Assembly (NCBI GenBank): GCA_903858445.1 | Contig: CAIOIX010000327.1 | Span: 1-5,838 of the forward strand | Reading direction: 5' to 3' | Length of the DNA: 5,838 nt | From: an uncultured beta proteobacterium | GTDB lineage: Bacteria > Pseudomonadota > Gammaproteobacteria > Burkholderiales > Burkholderiaceae | In this document: piece after piece, positions 1 through 3,980 of the stretch | Layout: each line of letters opens with the position of its first letter | Numbering within the stretch: the stretch's first letter is position 1 | Made by a program: the position numbers and the translations under genes | The notes under the pieces: generated by a model | Databases searched by the model: none | Seen by the model: only the letters and a program-made list of their open reading frames with translations | Told to the model about the DNA's origin: nothing

Positions 1-65
1 GAAAACGGGTAAAGACCTGCGATCAAGCAAAGTACTAACAAGATCCAGCATGTGATTAGCTTCAT
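1..65 (-). CDS. N-terminal fragment (21 codons) of a hydrophobic membrane or secreted protein. The gene continues off the left edge.
   Basis: ATG at 65-63 on the minus strand. A strong SD, AAGGAGGAG (80->72), sits 6 nt upstream. Translation is MKLITCWILLVLCLIAGLYPF..., which looks like a signal peptide or TM segment. Too short for the ORF track and open at the window edge. Confidence 0.4.
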   Translation of the reverse strand, partial: MKLITCWILLVLCLIAGLYPF

Positions 66-96
66 TTGAAACTCCTCCTTGGTTGACTACATTTTT

Positions 97-124
97 AGCA
101 TAGATATATTTCTTTGGGGTTCAA
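97..124 (-). promoter_or_regulatory. Candidate sigma70 promoter for the leftward gene: TTGAAC-16 nt-TATGCT.
   Basis: On the minus strand, TTGAAC is at 124->119, the spacer is 16 nt and TATGCT is at 102->97. It lies between the tRNA terminator and the SD at 72-80. Motif reading only. Confidence 0.3.
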
Positions 125-127
125 ATG

Positions 128-151
128 AAAAAACCACCCGAAGGTGGTTTT
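128..151 (-). terminator. Rho-independent terminator of the tRNA-Phe transcript.
   Basis: Stem 130-138 / 143-151 has a CCACC/GGUGG core flanked by A-U pairs. The loop CGAA reads as a UUCG tetraloop on the minus strand. On the minus strand the hairpin runs into a U6 tract (plus-strand A128-A133). It lies 10 nt past the tRNA CCA end. Confidence 0.8.
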
Positions 152-160
152 GATGTTTCT

Positions 161-236
161 TGGTGGCCCGGGGCGGAATCGAACCACCGACACAAGGATT
201 TTCAATCCTCTGCTCTACCGACTGAGCTACCAGGCC
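161..236 (-). tRNA. tRNA-Phe, anticodon GAA, 76 nt, CCA encoded.
   Basis: The reverse complement folds as a cloverleaf. The sequence is GGCCTGG TA GCTC AGTCGGTA GAGC A GAGGA TTGAAAA TCCTT GTGTC GGTGG TTCGATT CCGCC CCGGGCC A CCA. Acceptor stem is 7 bp with one G-U, the D stem is GCTC/GAGC, and the anticodon loop TT-GAA-AA is present. The T loop is TTCGATT and the discriminator is A. It closely resembles canonical proteobacterial tRNA-Phe. Confidence 0.93.
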
Positions 237-246
237 AAGACTTGGA

Positions 247-252
247 ATTATA
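247..252 (-). promoter_or_regulatory. Candidate -10 box (TATAAT) of the tRNA-Phe promoter.
   Basis: Perfect TATAAT on the minus strand (252->247), 10 nt upstream of the mature tRNA 5' end at 236. I found no convincing -35 (TCAGCC at 17-nt spacing). Confidence 0.35.
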
Positions 253-408
253 AATGAAACTGCATTCCAGGCTGAAAAATGAGGAAAACTGGATTTACTC
301 TAGAGAAACGCTGTTGATCCTGTAAGGGTGCGGATGTTTCATCCTGTTTAACGGTGTGCGACTGGCAGAGATATGGGAATCCTCTGTGCTATCCAATTAA
401 ATCGTGGT

Positions 409-1404
409 TTAGAGCTTATACATGCCCTTCCAGTCCTCAGCTTTCCTCATTTTAGAAATGCCAGGCTTAATGCTGTCAGCAATTTGATAGTAGCCATCTT
501 CATAAGAGCTTGCATTAACAACGGTAACTCGAACACCAAGATCCTCAAGCATATTTAATTTGACTCGATCTCTGTCACCAATCTTTTTGCCCACCACTAC
601 ATGATGGTAAGTGGCTCCACCAATGTAGCTAGGATACATTTTTTGTACTGCAAACTTCTCAACCAAAAGCCACCACAAGATTGATTCTGTGTAATCCATT
701 CCCAGGCCAATCATATGAATATGATCTCTTAAAAATAGGTCAACCCAGGAATATGGAGCGCCAGTCTTTTCAAAATCAAAATTTGGAATGTTTCGATATA
801 TGGGTGATTGTAGAATTTTTATTTTGCTGTATTCAACGCCACTATGCAGATAATTCTTTATTTGGGCTTGATATCGAGCATATTGCCTATAGCCCAATGC
901 AATGCTCGTAGGCTGCATAGCTTCGCCATTAATTTTCCATAAAACTTTTTTTCTTGACTGTCTGCCCCTAAATAATGAAAAAGTATTTTCTTTAATTTCA
1001 GTAAATGGTGGTTTGTTGATTTCAAATCCTAAATGATTTGGAAAAAACCCATGAGCCAAAGAGAGTCCATGATCATAATTTGTTGTTAAGGTATGTTTGG
1101 TTAAGCAAGATAAAACATCATTTAAAGGCCTATTTCCTAACGCGCCAACTTCTCTAGCAACAATTGCTTGTAAATCAGTTTTCGTATGGATACGTGAATG
1201 CAATAGAAGCTCATCAAATACAAGCGTCAATGGCTTTTCATCAATATCCCTAACTATGTAATTAAGCTCTTTAGCTAAATTTTCTAAAATTGACTTCCAA
1301 GTAATAGCAAATTCATTGCCCAAAACAGGATTATCTTTTTTTAAGCTACGATTTGGGCCATTGCCAATCAATACTGTATTTTGAATTGCCATAACAAGCC
1401 CCAT
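409..1404 (-). CDS. SIR2_2/AbiH-like (DHS-like Rossmann fold) protein, 331 aa. Candidate NAD-targeting defence effector with a non-canonical active site.
   Basis: Long ORF with ordered motifs typical of prokaryotic SIR2-like domains. These are LIGNGPNRS (G-x-G, aa 13-20), LTTNYD (aa 106-111) and WKINGE followed by SIALGYRQY (aa 156-174). This block is the counterpart of K-L-H-G-S...s-i-v-l-T-e-e-D-Y. A further motif is IGLGMDYTESILWWLL (aa 232-247), the counterpart of f-i-G-y-S-l-x-D. The start is ambiguous: ATG at 1404 has no SD, and ATG at 1392 (MAIQN...) has a weak GGGG 9 nt upstream. GC is about 36% by hand count. Confidence 0.8.
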   Translation of the reverse strand: MGLVMAIQNTVLIGNGPNRSLKKDNPVLGNEFAITWKSILENLAKELNYIVRDIDEKPLTLVFDELLLHSRIHTKTDLQAIVAREVGALGNRPLNDVLSCLTKHTLTTNYDHGLSLAHGFFPNHLGFEINKPPFTEIKENTFSLFRGRQSRKKVLWKINGEAMQPTSIALGYRQYARYQAQIKNYLHSGVEYSKIKILQSPIYRNIPNFDFEKTGAPYSWVDLFLRDHIHMIGLGMDYTESILWWLLVEKFAVQKMYPSYIGGATYHHVVVGKKIGDRDRVKLNMLEDLGVRVTVVNASSYEDGYYQIADSIKPGISKMRKAEDWKGMYKL

Positions 1405-1451
1405 TCAGATTTGGAATTGACTCAGAATACTACTAATTGTTATAGCTTTAT

Positions 1452-1631
1452 TTAGGTAAAAACATTAGGTTTTGAAAGATTGCTTAAAGATATTTGGGCA
1501 GACTTAATCTTCTGCCTAGCTCGTTCAGCCTTAACGGCATCCTGATCTCGTTTAACCCTATCTTTCATTGATTTAAGTCTTGCTTGCTCTGGACTTAAAG
1601 GTTTAATTGGGGCTATTTCATCGAATCTCAT
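1452..1631 (-). CDS. Small hypothetical protein, 59 aa, highly charged and probably helical.
   Basis: Hand translation gives MRFDEIAPIKPLSPEQARLKSMKDRVKRDQDAVKAERARQKIKSAQISLSNLSKPNVFT*. It is one codon below the apparent 60-aa cutoff of the ORF track. Its ATG (1631-1629) lies 2 nt after the stop of the upstream 48-aa ORF (TAA-ct-ATG). It has the same strand as the flanking genes and about 47% GC, like the 146-aa gene. No family recognised. Confidence 0.45.
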   Translation of the reverse strand: MRFDEIAPIKPLSPEQARLKSMKDRVKRDQDAVKAERARQKIKSAQISLSNLSKPNVFT

Positions 1632-1633
1632 AG

Positions 1634-1780
1634 TTACCCGATCTGTAGCGGTTGGTGGGGCACGTTATTAGCGCCAAAGATTGCCTTGAAAAGTGCATAG
1701 GCTTGAGCTTGGTTTTGTGCATAAAGGATGGTTTCCACCCACATTCCTGCTGCATTGACAGTTGCCTTATATCTTTTCAT
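1634..1780 (-). CDS. Small hypothetical protein, 48 aa.
   Basis: Hand translation gives MKRYKATVNAAGMWVETILYAQNQAQAYALFKAIFGANNVPHQPLQIG*. It is non-repetitive and has a globular-looking composition. It is tightly coupled to the next ORF. There is no recognisable SD (upstream aaatacttgc), and the ATG lies 10 nt after the 1791-1818 hairpin, which lowers confidence. Confidence 0.4.
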   Translation of the reverse strand: MKRYKATVNAAGMWVETILYAQNQAQAYALFKAIFGANNVPHQPLQIG

Positions 1781-1790
1781 GCAAGTATTT

Positions 1791-1818
1791 AGCGTCCAGC
1801 GTCTAGTAGCTGGACGCT
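1791..1818. repeat. Perfect 10-bp inverted repeat with an 8-nt loop. It contains copy A of the shared 21-nt motif (1797-1817).
   Basis: AGCGTCCAGC (1791-1800), gtctagta, GCTGGACGCT (1809-1818). It begins 8 nt after the stop of the 146-aa gene. No U tract follows on either strand, so it is not a canonical intrinsic terminator. The 21-mer CAGCGTCTAGTAGCTGGACGC recurs at 3160-3180 with 20/21 identity. Confidence 0.7.
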
Positions 1819-1825
1819 TATGTCA

Positions 1826-2266
1826 CTATCGCTTAAACCCACTCCTTAAACTGGCACTTGCAGTTTCTATTTGAGCATCGAGCTCGCCAGCCTCAACAGC
1901 TGACTTAATAGACTCCAGAGCTTTTACTAGCTCGGGACCACTTGCCACTTCAACGCTGGGTTTACCCTTTGCAAGCTCAATAGTCCAGCTGCCGTATTTC
2001 ACAGACACACAGACTTTGCCTTGCTCTGATTGGAACCACCAGGGCTTTAAACGCTTGGGTATTTCTACCTGCTTACGCAACCCCGTCTCTTTATCTTTAA
2101 TGGTTTTGAACTTTGTTACAACAAAGGGTGTGCCATCCATTTGACTCTTAGCCAACTGGATCTGCTCCCACAGCTTGCTAGAAAGCTTATTCCTACGAAC
2201 CACGATTGCAGGCATATGGGTTGGTTTTTTAACTGCTACTAGTTTTAAGCTACTTAATGCGCTCAT
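1826..2266 (-). CDS. Conserved hypothetical basic protein, 146 aa. It resembles a small protein family I recall from proteobacterial plasmids and genomic islands, possibly catalogued as a DUF (unverified).
   Basis: Strong SD AGGAG (2280->2276) lies 9 nt upstream of the ATG at 2266. The coding-like composition is about 45% GC. About 26 K/R against 14 D/E by my count. The N-terminal SSLKLV..KKP....RRNKL and C-terminal AVEAGELDAQIE..A motifs look familiar, but I cannot name the family with certainty. Confidence 0.8.
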   Translation of the reverse strand: MSALSSLKLVAVKKPTHMPAIVVRRNKLSSKLWEQIQLAKSQMDGTPFVVTKFKTIKDKETGLRKQVEIPKRLKPWWFQSEQGKVCVSVKYGSWTIELAKGKPSVEVASGPELVKALESIKSAVEAGELDAQIETASASLRSGFKR

Positions 2267-2312
2267 TGTTTTCTCCTATTGGTTAATGGGCACAAGTAGT
2301 TTGTTTTCGATC

Positions 2313-2341
2313 TCTTTATTTGGTCGACCTCTTTTTGCCAA
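2313..2341 (-). promoter_or_regulatory. Candidate promoter of the 146-aa gene, with a GGTCGACC palindrome in the spacer.
   Basis: On the minus strand: TTGGCA (2341->2336), a 17-nt spacer, TAAAGA (2318->2313). The spacer reads aaaaga-GGTCGACC-aaa, with the palindrome at 2322-2329. The recombinase promoter (3337-3365) has the same geometry and sequence. Confidence 0.45.
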
Positions 2342-2412
2342 ATCAGTTCTTTTGCCGCATTTTGGACAAGAAATTAGCGGTTTTTCTTTAAGAGAGATAA
2401 ATATTTTTGCGA

Positions 2413-2526
2413 GTTGCTTGGTTACAAAGTGGATGTCGCAAGAAGAAAAAGAAGTCGCAAAGTTGAGTTTGAGTAGTTGCTAGCCAGTTACTCGTAGTGG
2501 CAAATGAGTAACTCTGACCAAGCAAC
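2413..2526 (+). repeat. Nested inverted repeats in the divergent control region. Possible structured 5' leader or ncRNA, or a set of protein-binding sites.
   Basis: Outer perfect 10-bp inverted repeat: GTTGCTTGGT (2413-2422) / ACCAAGCAAC (2517-2526), extendable by 2 pairs. Inner hairpin: AGTTACTC (2486-2493) / GAGTAACT (2506-2513). GTCGCAA is directly repeated at 2435-2441 and 2454-2460, with the inverse TGCGAC at 2554-2559. GCAAC is clustered at 2592-2616. Confidence 0.5.
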
Positions 2527-2649
2527 ACAACTTCGTAACTTCTCTTTGAGATCTGCGACTTTTACTGCAACTGATCCCTTCTGATCTCTCTTGCAACCAA
2601 CAAAGCAACTGGCAACGAGAACTCAATTTAGAACACAAGGAGAATAAAA

Positions 2650-3108
2650 ATGAGAGAAATCGCAATCAGAGGTTTTATCAACGAGAAGTACAACACCCCA
2701 TTTGGCAAAGGATTATTTAGACGAGCCATCTATAACGGCTCAGTGGAGCTTCATAATCCAAATCAAAAGTATCTAGTAGACTTTTATGAATATGAACAAT
2801 TCCAACATACCGCTAAAACAGATGATCAAATCAGAACACTTAAGAAATTAGATGCCTGCGGCATAGGTAGTACGCCAGACTTAGTGATGTCGTGGATTGT
2901 GCATTACGAGCCATTAACCAAATCTAAAGACCCAGTTGATGGCTATTGCATCTACCTACAAACAACAGGTGAAGTGCATATTGAAATTGATGATGCTCTC
3001 AATGGAACAAAAGATGAGTGGGACTTAAAAGCCCATCATTGCAAAGCTGTAGGCGCCAATAAGCCCGTATTTGTTGCAACCAATGTAGATCTAAATACTA
3101 GGCAGTAA
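2650..3108 (+). CDS. Hypothetical protein, 152 aa, no recognisable family.
   Basis: Canonical SD AAGGAG (2637-2642) lies 7 nt upstream of the ATG at 2650. A strong terminator follows the ORF. GC is about 40%. I could identify no motifs. Confidence 0.8.
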   Translation: MREIAIRGFINEKYNTPFGKGLFRRAIYNGSVELHNPNQKYLVDFYEYEQFQHTAKTDDQIRTLKKLDACGIGSTPDLVMSWIVHYEPLTKSKDPVDGYCIYLQTTGEVHIEIDDALNGTKDEWDLKAHHCKAVGANKPVFVATNVDLNTRQ

Positions 3109-3130
3109 TTAAGCAAACCCGTTCAAATTA

Positions 3131-3207
3131 GCCCTACAAGCAATGATCTTCAAGCATCACAGCGTCTAGTTGCTGGACGCCAATCAAACAGCTTGTAGGG
3201 CTTTTTT
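3131..3207 (+). terminator. Rho-independent terminator with an unusually long 49-nt loop.
   Basis: Perfect 11-bp stem GCCCTACAAGC (3131-3141) / GCTTGTAGGGC (3191-3201), followed by T6 (3202-3207). It starts 23 nt after the 152-aa stop. The loop carries copy B of the 21-nt motif. Confidence 0.7.
3160..3180. repeat. Copy B of the 21-nt motif CAGCGTCTAGT(T)GCTGGACGC.
   Basis: 20/21 identical to 1797-1817 and in the same orientation. The similarity extends upstream (CAAGcAT versus CAAGtAT) with a 6-nt indel. The motif is internally quasi-palindromic (GCGTC...GACGC and CAGC...GCTG). Confidence 0.7.
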
Positions 3208-3270
3208 GACCCCAAACCCCAATTTGTCGTCTATTTCCCACGATATTTTGCTAAATACTAGTAACGCAAA

Positions 3271-3302
3271 CCACATAAGAAAATCATACTTTTCTTATGT
3301 GG
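3271..3302. repeat. Perfect 13-6-13 palindrome. Candidate tyrosine-recombinase core site or operator.
   Basis: CCACATAAGAAAA (3271-3283), tcatac, TTTTCTTATGTGG (3290-3302). It is flanked by a further ACGC (3264-3267) / GCGT (3305-3308) pairing. It lies 35 bp upstream of the recombinase -35 and 112 bp from its ATG. There is no adjacent U tract, and no incoming transcript that it would need to terminate. Confidence 0.6.
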
Positions 3303-3336
3303 TGGCGTAAGTCATTGATTCTTGGAAGATCTTGTT

Positions 3337-3365
3337 TTGGAAAATTTCGGTCGACCATTTAGCAA
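3337..3365 (+). promoter_or_regulatory. Candidate promoter of the recombinase gene, with a GGTCGACC palindrome in the spacer.
   Basis: TTGGAA (3337-3342), a 17-nt spacer, TAGCAA (3360-3365). The spacer reads aatttc-GGTCGACC-att, with the palindrome at 3349-3356. GAAAACACACTA follows at 3369-3380 and matches GAAAACAAACTA downstream of the 146-aa promoter. Confidence 0.45.
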
Positions 3366-3413
3366 TAAGAAAACACACTAATAGTGCTTTTTTATTTATG
3401 AAAGGTTTTCCAA

Positions 3414-3980
3414 ATGGCTCAAGCAAAAACCCTTACCCAAGCAGAACTAGATCAAGTGCTGCGTTACGTATCTACCAAAAAATATCCCGAACGCGATAGA
3501 GCGTTACTGATGATTAGCTTTCTTGCAGGACTTCGTGTTGCGGAGATTGCATCATTAACAATGGGTGACGTTTTAAATACAGCTGGCACAGTCAAAGCGG
3601 AAGTTCGCTTATCTGCCGAACAAACCAAAGGCAAATACCCGAGAACAGTTTTCTTATCCACTAAATTACGTGCTGAACTAGAAGAATATTTAAAAACCCG
3701 TCACGCAAAATATCCTGACATTCCACTGTTCCACACCAATACACGCCTAAGATTTACTGCTAATTCACTATGTCAGTGGTTCTATCACACCTATCGGAAT
3801 GCTGGAATTAGTGGCGCCAGCAGCCATAGCGGAAGAAGAAACTTTCTAACTTCGCTTGCCTCAAAGGGCGTAGGAGTGCGTGTACTTGCAGCGCTGGCAG
3901 GACACCGCAATATTGCCGTCACGATGAAATATATTGACGCCTCAGATGATATGAAGCGCAATGCTGTTGAGCTTATCTAA
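3414..3980 (+). CDS. Short tyrosine recombinase, 188 aa, catalytic domain only (FimB/FimE-sized).
   Basis: All catalytic signature residues are present in order. These are R41 (AGLRVAEI), K72/K74 (TKGKYPR), H138-x-x-R141 (HSGRRNF), H164 (LAGHRN) and Y173 (MKYI). The protein starts directly with the LTxxE...R..L...FLAGLR catalytic-domain opening, so there is no N-terminal core-binding or arm-binding domain. A weak SD AAAGG lies 8 nt upstream. Confidence 0.85.
   Translation: MAQAKTLTQAELDQVLRYVSTKKYPERDRALLMISFLAGLRVAEIASLTMGDVLNTAGTVKAEVRLSAEQTKGKYPRTVFLSTKLRAELEEYLKTRHAKYPDIPLFHTNTRLRFTANSLCQWFYHTYRNAGISGASSHSGRRNFLTSLASKGVGVRVLAALAGHRNIAVTMKYIDASDDMKRNAVELI

Noticed and set aside
161-236. 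tRNA-Phe as the attachment site of the adjacent element.
   Set aside because: No direct repeat of the tRNA 3' or 5' segment occurs elsewhere in the window. The accessory genes lie on the 5' side of the tRNA. The only recombinase is a short type 3.2 kb away. The idea cannot be supported from this window.
373-911. Track ORFs 373..558 (+, 61 aa) and 681..911 (+, 76 aa).
   Set aside because: Both lie antisense within or overlapping the 331-aa SIR2-like CDS. They have no SD and an odd composition. They are typical shadow ORFs of a real gene on the opposite strand.
1728-1874. Plus-strand 48-codon ORF spanning the 1791-1818 hairpin.
   Set aside because: It overlaps both the 48-aa minus-strand ORF and the 3' end of the 146-aa gene. 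The AAAGG motif is directly adjacent to the ATG, so there is no spacing. The hydrophobic, Leu-rich sequence looks like a chance frame.
2175-2483. Track ORF 2175..2483 (+, 102 aa).
   Set aside because: It overlaps the 5' end, SD and putative promoter of the well-supported 146-aa gene. It is Leu/Ser/Phe-rich and has no SD. It is most likely a chance frame across the regulatory region.
2480-2665. Track ORF 2480..2665 (-, 61 aa).
   Set aside because: It starts inside the 152-aa gene and runs over that gene's SD. It is Cys/Ser/Leu/Arg-rich with no SD, so it does not look like a real protein.
3271-3302. The 13-6-13 palindrome as a chromosomal dif or plasmid pdif XerC/XerD site.
   Set aside because: Only a TTATGT core resembles the XerD half-site as I remember it. 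The arms are perfectly symmetric, unlike XerC/XerD sites, and do not otherwise match the dif consensus. I kept it as a generic recombinase-site candidate only.
3336-3414. 9-bp inverted repeat TTTGGAAAA (3336-3344) / TTTTCCAAA (3406-3414) flanking the recombinase promoter, considered as a fim-like invertible switch.
   Set aside because: The arms are short and AT-rich, so a chance match is likely. The enclosed segment is only 61 bp. One arm overlaps the start codon, so inversion would destroy the gene start.
3464-3661. Track ORF 3464..3661 (-, 65 aa). The same applies to track ORF 4076..4258 (+, 60 aa).
   Set aside because: Both are antisense shadow ORFs inside the recombinase CDS and the 265-aa CDS respectively. 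They have no translation signals.
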